Of a stretch of 42,988 nt of DNA, positions 1 through 10,706 are shown one piece after another (positions within the stretch are counted from its first letter, which is position 1; each line of letters begins with the position of its first letter). Below the pieces are notes generated by a model. The model worked only from the letters and a program-made list of their open reading frames with translations, was not told the DNA's origin and did no database searches. This stretch comes from Octopus bimaculoides (Eukaryota): positions 48,885,445 through 48,928,432 of the forward strand of contig NC_068981.1 in the NCBI RefSeq assembly GCF_001194135.2, written 5' to 3'. Made by a program: the position numbers and the translations under genes.

Positions 1-422
1 CTATTGGGGTGAGGGCTTTTTTCCTTTGTAGGACCACTGGCACAGAGGGGCTTCTATTTGCTGCTTCATTGGCTCCACTATCCTTTTCTGCTTGGTTGTT
101 CATAGGAGTGGGTGATCCATTCTTTTGAGGAGCCACTGGGTCAGAGAGACTTCCGGGTGTTTTTTTCATTTTCCTCCTCTCCATCCTTATCAGCCTTTCC
201 ACAATGGTTTTCGATTATGACATCTAGGATGTCCATGTGTGGTCTGATGAGTGCATACGAGCGGAGGAATTCATTCTTCTTCCGCCCTATGTGTTCAGTG
301 GTTCTGTGAAAGCCATTATTCTTCAGTGCAGCAGTGATGATGTTGTTTGGGGGATCGCCACTAGCAATTGTCCATGCTCGCAACAGAAGATCTAACTCTT
401 TTTTTTCCCACTTTGGTGCCAA
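1..422 (-). pseudogene. Disrupted Myb/SANT-like (trihelix/MADF-type) DNA-binding domain ORF; runs off the window start
   Basis: 141..422(-) translates to APKWEKKELDLLLRAW...IITAALKNNGFHRTTEHIGRKKNEFLRSY, fitting the W-x3-E-x3-LL-x2-W...L-x3-GF-x-RT-x-E pattern of Myb/SANT-like domains. The track's 'M' is TTG (420-422), not ATG. Deleting one base from the A7 run (160-166) puts it in frame with a further 53 stop-free codons (TPGSLSDPVAPQKNGSP...RKKALTPI) reaching position 1. Confidence 0.45.
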
Positions 423-429
423 CTTCGTT

Positions 430-1048
430 TTTTAAGCCCAGAAGGGGAGTAGAGGATAGAGAGGAAGTGAAAGATAGCGGGAGGTAGAAAAGAAGAAACA
501 CAGAGGGGGGAATAGGGAAAGAGAGAGGGTGATATGAAGGAAAGAGATAGTGAGATATGAAGGAAAAAGAGAGGGTGATATGAGGAAGAGAGGGAGTGTG
601 GGGTGTTAGAGAGACAGAGGGAGGTAGAGGAGGGGGAGAGAAAGAGAGACAGAGTGAAGGAGAGGAGGGGAGGAGAAAGAGAGACAGAGGAGGGGAGGAG
701 AAAGAGAGACAGAAGAGGGGAGGAGAAAAAGAGACAGAGGAGGGGAGGACAAAGAGAGACAGAGGATGGGAGGATAAAGAGAGACAGAGGGAGGGAGATG
801 ATGGGAAGAGAAAGAGGAAGAAAGAAGAAAAGATGAAGGATGTGAGAGGAAGGGAGACACGGACTGAGAAGAGGGGGAAATGAAAAGTGTATGAGGGAGA
901 GGTTGAAGTGACAGAAGGAGAGGAAGGCGTTTTGAGATGCAATGGAAAGGGAAGAAAACTGAGAAAAGAGGAAGATATGCAAGCGAGGGAGGGAGATGAG
1001 AAAAAGAGTAAGATATGGAAGACAAAGAGGGAGAGAGATAGGTGTAAA
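430..1048. repeat. Polypurine (GA-rich) tract containing a 25-bp minisatellite
   Basis: Unit aaagagagacagaggaggggaggag, about 5-6 imperfect copies at ~668-795. The motif gatatga(a)ggaa occurs three times at ~530-590. Confidence 0.85.
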
Positions 1049-1451
1049 NNNNNNNNNNNNNNNNNNNNNNNNNNNNNNNNNNNNNNNNNNNNNNNNNNNN
1101 NNNNNNNNNNNNNNNNNNNNNNNNNNNNNNNNNNNNNNNNNNNNNNNNNNNNNNNNNNNNNNNNNNNNNNNNNNNNNNNNNNNNNNNNNNNNNNNNNNNN
1201 NNNNNNNNNNNNNNNNNNNNNNNNNNNNNNNNNNNNNNNNNNNNNNNNNNNNNNNNNNNNNNNNNNNNNNNNNNNNNNNNNNNNNNNNNNNNNNNNNNNN
1301 NNNNNNNNNNNNNNNNNNNNNNNNNNNNNNNNNNNNNNNNNNNNNNNNNNNNNNNNNNNNNNNNNNNNNNNNNNNNNNNNNNNNNNNNNNNNNNNNNNNN
1401 NNNNNNNNNNNNNNNNNNNNNNNNNNNNNNNNNNNNNNNNNNNNNNNNNNN

Positions 1452-1781
1452 GTTATTGACGATACCTTTAGCTTGTTTCACTGACTTTAAACTTACTATA
1501 TTAAACTTTTAGTGTAATATATTACTTTTTCTTTAAGTCAATATATTACGGTAGACCGTTATGAAGTAACAAGGACTATGTTTTGTCAGTTTTAGCACAT
1601 TTATTTTCCGTCGATTTCGGCAATCACTTGTAACTAACCACGTGGGTTTTCGACGATAACTTGCTTGTGTCGCTGACTTTAATGTAATATATTTAACTTT
1701 TAGAGAAATATATTACGTTTTTTTAAATAGTTTATTACAGTAGACTGTTCTTATATAACAAGGTCTATGTTTTCGTCAGTT
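1452..1781. repeat. Diverged direct repeat, period ~190-192 bp
   Basis: gacgata...gcttgt...ctgacttt (1458-1488 vs 1652-1680) and taacaagg(a/t)ctatgtttt(c)gtcagtt (ending 1591 vs 1781) align along their length. Confidence 0.75.
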
Positions 1782-2702
1782 GTGCAATCTCTATTGGTTT
1801 GATTCAGGAGAACGAAACACACGCGTCCTTCTTCAACGAAACCGGAAGAAGTATATGTGTATATGTGCATATGTGTATGTTATTTTGCCCTCAGTGTTGT
1901 GTATCTATGATGTATGTGCGTATCTCTGCCTCTGCTATGCATGTGTTGTGAGTGATGTGTTTTCAATACAGGTAACTGAGATTCAAATCGACAGATTAGT
2001 ATATTTATACTTTGAAAGGAACTGATAATGATAATCGTCCAACAGTGACAGAAAAGGAGACAAATAGAGACAGAAATACAAAGTGACTGACAGCCTGATG
2101 ATCAACCTATAAAAAGTGTCTGCCTTGAAGGGATTGAATTCAGACAAAGAATCACAGATAAATAAGATGCGCAGAGAATGGAAGATAGACAGAGACAGTG
2201 ACGGTGGAGAGAAATTCGTATATAAATGAGAAAATTGAAGCAGAATTGTTCAGACGAGTAGTCGAAGTGGTGTATACACACAGAGCATGTGTTCTATAAA
2301 AAAAAGACGAAAGAAGATACAAGGACAAAGGAGGGAGAGACAGACAGCGTAAGTCAAATAGTGCGTTAATTGTGAAGGGGAAGAAAGAGTAACAATTCTA
2401 TGGAAAACAGAATCGTACAGGTAGACAGCTTGCTACATACAATAACACAAGCAGCGAGAGAGCGTGATTGTATAGCGAACAAGACATAATCATATATAGT
2501 TTGGTCGATAGATCGATACTTAAGCGCACATATATTGGACGTGAACATTGTTAAACATACGTACGCACACAGTGGATACATGAAAACGCAAACGTGACTG
2601 CGTATATAGAAAATGATTCTCAAAAAGAAAGAACTTACACGATCATAGAAGCACACATACACACACATGCATATATTCATATAAACATACGTATTTAATC
2701 AT

Positions 2703-2885
2703 GCAGGAGTCGCAGTGTTGTAGGAAGCTTGCTTACCAACCACATGGTTCCCGGTTCAGCCCTACTGCATGGCACCTTGCGCAAGTGTCTTCTACTATAA
2801 CCTCGGGCCGACCAAAGCCTTGTGAGTTGATTTGGTTGACAGAAACTGAAGGAAGCCCACTATGTATATATATATATATATATAT
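2703..2885 (+). mobile_element. tRNA-type SINE family A, 5' half only, ending in its internal (TA)n
   Basis: gcaggagt...gcttgcttaccaaccacatggttcccggttcag...ggcaccttgcgcaagtgtcttctactata...gaccaaagccttgtgag...aaactgaagg; homologous to the copies at 17695-18150, 22918-23329 and 27514-27866. Confidence 0.85.
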
Positions 2886-3116
2886 TCTTTAATTCAGTCA
2901 TTTAACTGCGGCTATGATGGACATCAACTTAAAGAAGTTGACCCCAGGCCATATATTTTGTAAGCTTAGAACTTATTCTATCCTTACCATCTGCTGAACT
3001 GCTAGTTTATAGGGAAGTAAACACACCAGCATCGGTTGTCAAGTGACGGTGCTTAGACAAATACGGACACACAGACCCCTCACATATTATTTCTATCTAT
3101 CTATCTGTCTTTCTGC

Positions 3117-3163
<47 letters not shown>

Positions 3164-3262
3164 CCGTCTACCAAATCCACTCACAGTGTTCCGTTGCCCC
3201 AAACTTATAGGGGCAACGCAGTGTGACTGTATCTGGAACCATGTGGATAGAAAGCAAGATTC
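2886..3262 (-). mobile_element. SINE family A, decayed copy with internal (CTAT)n
   Basis: The 3' half (ttcagtcattt...accagcatcggttgtcaag) at 2886-3075, (ctat)n at ~3085-3161 and the 5' half (ttccgtctaccaaatccactcac...ggaaccatgtgg) at 3162-3262 are all the reverse complement of the family-A sequence. Confidence 0.75.
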
Positions 3263-3328
3263 ATTCGTTTGTATATGATGAATGTGTATCTTTCTGTATG
3301 TATGTCTATACGTATATATATACATACA

Positions 3329-3372
<44 letters not shown>

Positions 3373-6063
3373 TGTGTGTGTTTATATATAAGTATGCACA
3401 TGCGTATATGCCTGTGTGTAGCTCTGTACGCGGCGGGCGTGCGGGTGGTCAGTCTTCCGTGCGTGCATGGCGTGAAGCACGTAGATAAGAATCTACGGAA
3501 CTTCGTAGATAAGAATCTTAGGAAAAAGTTTGCATTATAAGCGCAGAGTATTCGTCTCTCCCACTACGGTCCCTTTTCTGTTGAGTTGCGGAGCAATTCA
3601 TTCAAAATATATGTTGATCGGCCGAAATTGTTATGAACTTCTTCAAACTCTATACCTGTGTGACCGTGCGTCTTCGCGCATGTGTAGATGTGTGTTTGTG
3701 TTCGTGCACGAGTGTCTGGATAGATATGTATATGTATAAATGAGTATATATTCATGTATATATATATATATGTACATGTTTATGAATGTATCTATCTATC
3801 TATCTATATATATATATATATCTATCTATCTATATATATANNNNNNNNNNNNNNNNNNNNNNNNNNNNNNNNNNNNNNNNNNNNNNNNNNNNNNNNNNNN
3901 NNNNNNNNNNNNNNNNNNNNNNNNNNNNNNNNNNNNNNNNNNNNNNNNNNNNNNNNNNNNNNNNNNNNNNNNNNNNNNNNNNNNNNNNNNNNNNNNNNNN
4001 NNNNNNNNNNNNNNNNNNNNNNNNNNNNNNNNNNNNNNNNNNNNNNNNNNNNNNNNNNNNNNNNNNNNNNNNNNNNNNNNNNNNNNNNNNNNNNNNNNNN
4101 NNNNNNNNNNNNNNNNNNNNNNNNNNNNNNNNNNNNNNNNNNNNNNNNNNNNNNNNNNNNNNNNNNNNNNNNNNNNNNNNNNNNNNNNNNNNNNNNNNNN
4201 NNNNNNNNNNNNNNNNNNNNNNNNNNNNNNNNNNNNNNNNNNNNNNNNNNNNNNNNNNNNNNNNNNNNNNNNNNNNNNNNNNNNNNNNNNNNNNNNNNNN
4301 NNNNNNNNNNNNNNNNNNNNNNNNNNNNTATAGCATTTAGATTTGTGGCAATGTGCTGACGAACAGCTGGTTAGACAGAGATAATTTTCGGAATAAGCGA
4401 CCGAGAAATCTATGCTGGTTTTACGGAGGATATTTGTCCTGATCTGTCCGGTGCACTGATCTAAAATTTGGTCCAAACAGCGTCACATCATAAACGCGCA
4501 GTATTGCTCTGCTGGGGACGACTGAGAAATCTACGGCTTCAATCCTCGAAGCGATGACAGGTGAAATATGCAGTGATACAAGTATGGAAGATCTTAAGTT
4601 TACCGGCATCAAACTTTGCATCTACAGCTATTGAACATGTAAACTGAACGTTACTAGACTGTTGTAATGACCCTCTTATTCTGTCTATAATGGCGCGCAT
4701 ATTGTGCAGTCGCTTCAGAGTCACAAGGCCACGACCATTTAAAATCTTGCTGAATATTGGAGAGATCTACATCGAATGGGGGTAGGTGTTTTCAAAACAA
4801 CTACTTGATTTCCACCTGTTCACGATCACATATGAAGCTATATCACGACAGCAACTCAATTCAGTGCAGCGCTATCGACATCCCGCCTTCATTAAACGCC
4901 AGTCTTATCAGAATCGCCGTTGAAAAAGTGACAAATCGGGTAGTGCCTCAGCTTGGCCGCGGCATTTCAGCTGAGAAGCATGAAATAATAAAAGATAGCT
5001 AGATAGAGGTATATCCAAATATAAACTCACATACAAAGGCTAATGATACCCATATATATATAAATTTAAATAATCAGAAAACTGGATAAATTTTGATCAA
5101 GAAATAAACAAATTGAACCACGTCGTTTGAGTGTTTTTTTAATATGAAACATGACATAAAAGTAATGAACCGATGTGTTTCAGTTTGTTTGTTGATCAAC
5201 ATTTTTCTCTATTTCATGATTATTTGATTCCTGATAAACTTTTGCTTATTCTCTTGTTACCTGTAACCTATGAGCATAATGTGCCTGCATACTTATGCCC
5301 AGGATAGCACAGGTAATTGATGGGGATAGTAAATACGAATACTATACTTGGTTATTACATCTAGTAGCTCTGCTTGCCTTATANNNNNNNNNNNNNNNNN
5401 NNNNNNNNNNNNNNNNNNNNNNNNNNNNNNNNNNNNNNNNNNNNNNNNNNNNNNNNNNNNNNNNNNNNNNNNNNNNNNNNNNNNNNNNNNNNNNNNNNNN
5501 NNNNNNNNNNNNNNNNNNNNNNNNNNNNNNNNNNNNNNNNNNNNNNNNNNNNNNNNNNNNNNNNNNNNNNNNNNNNNNNNNNNNNNNNNNNNNNNNNNNN
5601 NNNNNNNNNNNNNNNNNNNNNNNNNNNNNNNNNNNNNNNNNNNNNNNNNNNNNNNNNNNNNNNNNNNNNNNNNNNNNNNNNNNNNNNNNNNNNNNNNNNN
5701 NNNNNNNNNNNNNNNNNNNNNNNNNNNNNNNNNNNNNNNNNNNNNNNNNNNNNNNNNNNNNNNNNNNNNNNNNNNNNNNNNNNNNNNNNNNNNNNNNNNN
5801 NNNNNNNNNNNNNNNNNNNNNNNNNNNNNNNNNNNNNNNNNNNNNNNNNNNNNNNNNNNNNNNNNNNNNNNNNNNNNNNNNNNNNNNNNNNNNNNNNNNN
5901 NNNNNNNNNNNNNNNNNNNNNNNNNNNNNNNNNNNNNNNNNNNNNNNNNNNNNNNNNNNNNNNNNNNNNNNNNNNNNNNNNNNNNNNATTAAATTCAGTC
6001 ACAACCAAATGCACCGAGGTTTTGATCAGCAGCAACAACGGCAACACAACTATATTAACCTGA

Positions 6064-6065
<2 letters not shown>

Positions 6066-6140
<75 letters not shown>
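6066..6140. repeat. (GAT)n microsatellite, ~25 units
   Basis: Pure run read directly; abuts the 3' end of the minus-strand SINE-B copy. Confidence 0.95.
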
Positions 6141-6362
6141 AATGGTTTCAAATTTCTTAGCATAATGACAGCAAGTCGTGTGGGAAGTAGAAGGAGGTGA
6201 GTCGATTACATCGACCCTGTGCGTAACTGGTGCTTACTTTATAAGCCCCCACGGATTAAAGTCAAATACTACCTCGGCAGAATCTGAACTCTTTTAACGT
6301 AAAATGGGACGAAATGCTGCTGTTTTGCCGAAGTGTTAACAAGCCTGCCAGCACGCGTCCAT
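6141..6362 (-). mobile_element. tRNA-type SINE family B
   Basis: gtcgattacatcgacc...actggtgcttacttt...cctcggcagaatctgaactc...ggacgaaatgctgct; homologous to 6380-6588 and 16442-16620 and to the reverse complement of 23486-23590 and 39946-40156. Confidence 0.7.
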
Positions 6363-6379
6363 AACAATGAAAATCTTTA

Positions 6380-6587
6380 TAATTTTCGGCTTAAGGCCAT
6401 TAATTTTAGGAGATAGGACAAGTGTAATAGATTGACTGCAGATTTTAACTGATATTTATTTCAGTGACCCCCGAAAGAATAAATGGCAAATTCAAGCTCG
6501 GGAGAATTTGAATACAGGGTATAAAGCTGAAAATCATGCCCTAATTATTTATTTCAGTCTTGCTAAAGTTTCTACAAACTCCGCGCC

Positions 6588-6588
<1 letters not shown>
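6380..6588 (-). mobile_element. SINE family B, second tandem copy (more diverged)
   Basis: taaggcc...actgatatttattt...gacccccgaaagaataaatggcaaa...ctcgggagaatttgaa...ccgcgcct; its head abuts the TAA array at 6589. Confidence 0.6.

Positions 6589-6653
<65 letters not shown>
6589..6653. repeat. (TAA)n array, ~21 units
   Basis: Pure run between the SINE-B head and R4 piece 1. Confidence 0.95.
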
Positions 6654-6914
6654 GGGAATACAAACTACTTGCAGTGCTTGAAAATGTTCACATCTTATTC
6701 ATATGGCACTTCACCATTAAAACTGATAGAAAGATAGATGCGAATAGGTCAGAAAGATTTCAGACAAAAATCATGCTTCCTCATTGATATGACTGTCCCA
6801 CTTGATATAAATGTTTTTGTCAAGACCTACCAAAATCTGTACAAATATAAAGATCATGAAATAGAAATTAGCAAAATGTAGAACCTCAAGACTTAAACAA
6901 TACCTGATGTCATA
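6654..6914 (+). mobile_element. R4/Dong-type non-LTR piece 1: RLE endonuclease fragment (family A)
   Basis: Frameshifted translation LENVHILFIWHFTIKTDRKIDANR..DFRQKSCFLIDMTVPLDINVFVKTYQNLYKYKDHEIEISKM*NLKT; nucleotide-homologous to the RLE of piece 7 (~12030-12260, -). Confidence 0.8.
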
Positions 6915-7695
6915 AATGTGCAAAAGCTACCTTTATCAAAGGAAAATTGACTTAAACATTCCAATGTTATTCTTGACCAGCAGAATGTCATAGAAGAAAA
7001 AGAACCAGCGGAGGCCTACAAATACCTAAGGGTATTTGAAGAGGACGGAGTGAAACATTCAGTGATGATGGAAAGGATCAGAAGAGAATGTTATCGCAGC
7101 GTAAGGACAATACTCAAGACAGACCTGTATGCACGAAACAGGATCGAAGCGATCAATACTTTAGCCATAATAGTCGTGACTTACAGTTTCAATGTCATTA
7201 ACTGGTCAATTATTGAGATATGTAATCTTGACAGAAATATACAGTAATTGGTGACGATGCATAGAATCCACCACCCTAACGCAGATATAGAACGACGTTA
7301 CCTGCCAAGAAAAGAGGGTAGCCGTGGACTTTTATAACTGGAATTAACAATGATTGCCACAATTGGCCTAGATAACTATATGAAAAACTCTACTGTCTAC
7401 ATGTTAAAACTTGTCTCAAAGCATGACAACAAGAAGCATCATACTCAGTAACAAAATAGGAAGAGAAATATTTAAGTGAATTCCAAATGCAAAAAATTCC
7501 AGAATTAGATGTACTAGTAGAAAGAAGCACAGTAAAAGCTAAGCGCATGAAAACCTGTGGTAAAACTGCTGACTTAGACATTTTTACTGATAAATAACAA
7601 GAACAACCACTCGATGGCAGATACCCAAAGACAGCTAATAGTGCCGATGTTGACAAAACCCTTACCCGTCGATGTTTAGTGTCTTAGGCTTAAAT
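6912..7695 (+). mobile_element. R4/Dong-type piece 2: RT C-terminus/thumb (family A)
   Basis: KCAKATFIKGKL..AYKYLRVFEEDGVKHSVMMERIRRECYRSVRTILKTDLYARNRIEAINTLAI..YSFNVINW..HHPNADIERRYLPRKEGSRGLL, with stops and frameshifts; homologous to ~12540-13157(-). Confidence 0.85.
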
Positions 7696-8754
7696 GTCGT
7701 GTTAATTAAACCATTGATCATGTTTCAATGAGCAGTCGTCTTGCATCTAGAGTATCTCAACAGGCATTGAGCAGGAGGTATATAAGGTGGTATATAAAAA
7801 ATGCCGGGGAGCGAATATTGAAACTCACGAAAAAGCGTCATCAAAACTGAAAATTGTGTAACTAAACAAAAAGGTTAACAACAAATGAACAAAAAATAAA
7901 AGAAAGAAAAAGCATGGAAGGATAATAAAATGTATGGTTAGTTTGCAAGAGATGTGAACGCCATGACAGATGCAGAGGACGTGAGGCAATGGATGAGCAG
8001 GAGTGACCTGAAGAGAGAGACTGAAACACTCCTATGCGCAGCTCACGAACAATTATGTGAAATGCAATATAGACAAGACTACCGATAGCGACAAATACAG
8101 AATGTATGGTGATATGGGTGAAATGGTATGGCACATCGTTAGCAAATGCCCGATATTGACACAGCGCAAACACAAAACAGGCCATGGCAATGTGGCAAGA
8201 ATGGTCCATTGAGAACTCTGGAAATCAGGTCTATAAATAGCAAACACTTGGTATGAGAAAACCCCAGAAAGAGTCACTGAAAATGAGAATTGCAAATTCC
8301 TGTGGGATGCAATGATCTCGTGCCATCACCTGACCAGACATCGGGGACCAGACATTGATCTGGTGAAAAAAAGAGAAAAAAAAAAATCATATATGATAAG
8401 TGAGATAGCATACCCCGGTGACAACAGGATCAATGTGAAAGAAGAAAAACTAAACAACTATAACGATTTAAAGAGGGAAATACGAAAGTTGTGGTCAATG
8501 ACGAGAGCACTCGTAATAACAATAGTAATTGGTGCACTTGGAAGTATCAGCACACGGTGACCAACATAGCTGAAAAAATTCGGTGCAAGTGTGATTGTAG
8601 AAAGCCTACACAAACCAGCATTGCTTGGAACTCTAAGAACTCTACGCAGGATTTAGGAAGCATGACCAGTAAAACGAGTGTAACCTTAGTCTGCTGGCAG
8701 TGGACATCTGACACTTTTCATCATACCCAGCAATATAAGCTGTTAGTTTTAAAA
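7696..8754 (+). mobile_element. R4/Dong-type piece 3 (family B): thumb, CCHC knuckle, RLE and 3'UTR
   Basis: WKDNKMYG..WMSRSDLKRETETLLCAAHEQ..GEMVWHIVSKC..FLWD..GPDIDLV..EIAYPGDNRINVKEEKLNNYNDLKREIRKLW..IVIGALG; terminal tag at 8654-8656; ~100-nt 3'UTR, then a TAA tail. Confidence 0.85.
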
Positions 8755-8759
8755 TAATG

Positions 8760-8815
<56 letters not shown>

Positions 8816-8872
8816 TAAATAAATAAATAATGATAATAATAATAATAAAAATAACTAAATAAATAAATAATG

Positions 8873-8933
<61 letters not shown>

Positions 8934-8944
8934 TAATAATAATA
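8755..8944. repeat. (TAA)n tail/target array with an internal 40-bp higher-order duplication
   Basis: ataactaaataaataaataatgataataataataata repeated at offsets 8811 and 8851. Confidence 0.9.
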
Positions 8945-9154
8945 ACTAGAGCACTCAAAGAGTGGAAACCTCTGCCAAGGTAACAAAAATGCCCTCTCAA
9001 CGATTAGTTGGAAATAATTTTTTAAAATATCTGAAATAAACTTAACTGCTCTTACAAACGAGAATACTACAAATGAAACTGACCGCTCTCAAAAATTTTC
9101 TCGCATATATGGTTGTAATGCATGTGCCTGGTGTACACTTATCAAAGGTATAGT

Positions 9155-10593
9155 CATATCCTACGTAAAATGCCGTTTATGTATTCTCAAATTTTAAAAT
9201 AAACCTATAATTTTCTTGTTTTCTTAAACATTATCTAGAACATGGGTCACCAAACGTTTTTCACAGCGGGCCAGATAACTGAGAGAATGATGACCGCGGG
9301 TTGCATAACCATTTTGTTTAATACAATACGGTGAATACACAAAAAATAAAGTCAACCAACAATTTTATTTCCCAAAAAGTTATCAAAGAGGTGATGTTAT
9401 CAATAAGATAGTTATATCGCACCCAGTGCGCACATATCCGAATCTCACGAACTAAACAGTAAAACTGCTTAGTGAGATTTGTGAAACTGTTGTTTAGATT
9501 TTAAGATATCAGCAATATTTTCTTTGGAATTGCTGCATCCAACAAAGAGAATTGCTTTCAAATGTTCATCAGTCAACCTCGTTGGATATGCTGACTTCAC
9601 AGACATACCTGGTTCCACACAATCTTCAAAACACTGAAAATGAGAGAAGTTTCTTCCATCCAGTTGTGCTTGAAACAATGATATATTTCTCGGAAGTTCT
9701 TTCATGATTCTGTAGAGATCACAGATAAGGTTATCCTTTCCCTGAAGTTTGAAGATCAATTCATTCATGCGGGATGTGACGTCAACCAAAAATGACAACT
9801 CTGACTGTCAGGTAGGATCTGACAGAAGAAGATCAGCTCTATACTTTTCGGTGAGAAAATATCTATTTCTTTTCGGAGTTTATAAAAACGATAAATGACT
9901 TTATCGCAGCTGAGCCACTTCACTGCTGTGTGATAAGGCAATTCACAGAATTCAGAATCAGTTTCTTCAAGAAAAGCCTGGAATTGGCGGTAATAAATGG
10001 TATGACCCGGATGAAGTTCACTCATCCAGCGCCATCCAGCGCCAGAGAATACCACAAGAAATCCCTAGTTTCCTCGCGTATCTGTAGCACTATGTTCTCT
10101 CCAAGTTCTCTTCTCCGCACAGCTGAGCTTGCCGAAAGGCTGATACTTCCAAACAAATCGGCTTTCTCAAGGCACAAGTCATTTGCTGCTTCTATCCTAC
10201 ACTCTTTCATGAAGTTACCTTCAGTAAACGGTTTTTCTCATTCTGCCTTCTTATGCACTAATTTGTAAGTGGTACGAGTGTTAGATTCTTTTTCAGCAAA
10301 CATTCTCGTGAAGAGAATGTTTAAACACAGCAATGTAAGTTAAAACACGATCGCCACAGCAATAAACTCTCATTGCAGGTACATACACAAAAGTTACAGT
10401 GAAGCGTCGGGCTAGAAGAACTGACCTTGCGGGCCAGATCCGGTCTACAGGCCGTAGTTTGGTGACTCCTGCTCTAGAACAATACTATGTGCAAAACCAA
10501 ATATATGACACCCTAGGCATAACACCAAAATGAACTTCTCTGGATGAGACTTGCAGCCAACTGGTAAAAAAATACAAAGCAATGTTAAACATA
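9155..10593 (+). mobile_element. R4/Dong-type piece 4 (family A ORF end and 3'UTR), interrupted by a hAT transposon
   Basis: 9155-9240 joined to 10472-10593 aligns with the 3' end of piece 7 (catatcctac..aaattttaaaa..aattttcttg.tttctta.acatt..agaacaata..ccctag..ataacac..ctctgg.tgaga); followed by an AAC/AAT tail at 10594-10703. Confidence 0.75.
9241..10471 (-). mobile_element. Internally deleted hAT DNA transposon (Charlie/Buster/SPIN-like), 1231 bp
   Basis: TIRs catgggtcaccaaac (9241-9255) and gtttggtgactcctg (10457-10471); 8-bp TSD atctagaa/ctctagaa (NTCTAGAN type). Minus-strand transposase remnants: KPFTEGNFMKEC..WYSLALD, RQFQAFLEETDSEFCELPYHTAVKWLS, FLVDVTSRMNELIFKLQGK, RLTDEHLKAIL. Confidence 0.92.
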
Positions 10594-10606
10594 TAATAAT
10601 GATAAT

Positions 10607-10639
<33 letters not shown>

Positions 10640-10668
10640 AATAATAATAATAAGAATAATAATAATAA

Positions 10669-10703
<35 letters not shown>
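10594..10703. repeat. Compound (AAC)n/(AAT)n array
   Basis: Read directly; it is the tail of piece 4 and the 5' flank of piece 5. Confidence 0.9.

Positions 10704-10706
<3 letters not shown>

Noticed and set aside
361-1484. Long ORFs of 160-290 aa over the GA-rich tract
   Set aside because: Low-complexity S/L/P/F or R/E/G translations of a polypurine tract, partly extended through N gaps.
3481-3518. Direct repeat gtagataagaatct x2 with a 10-nt spacer
   Set aside because: Only two short units: a local duplication, not a CRISPR-like array.
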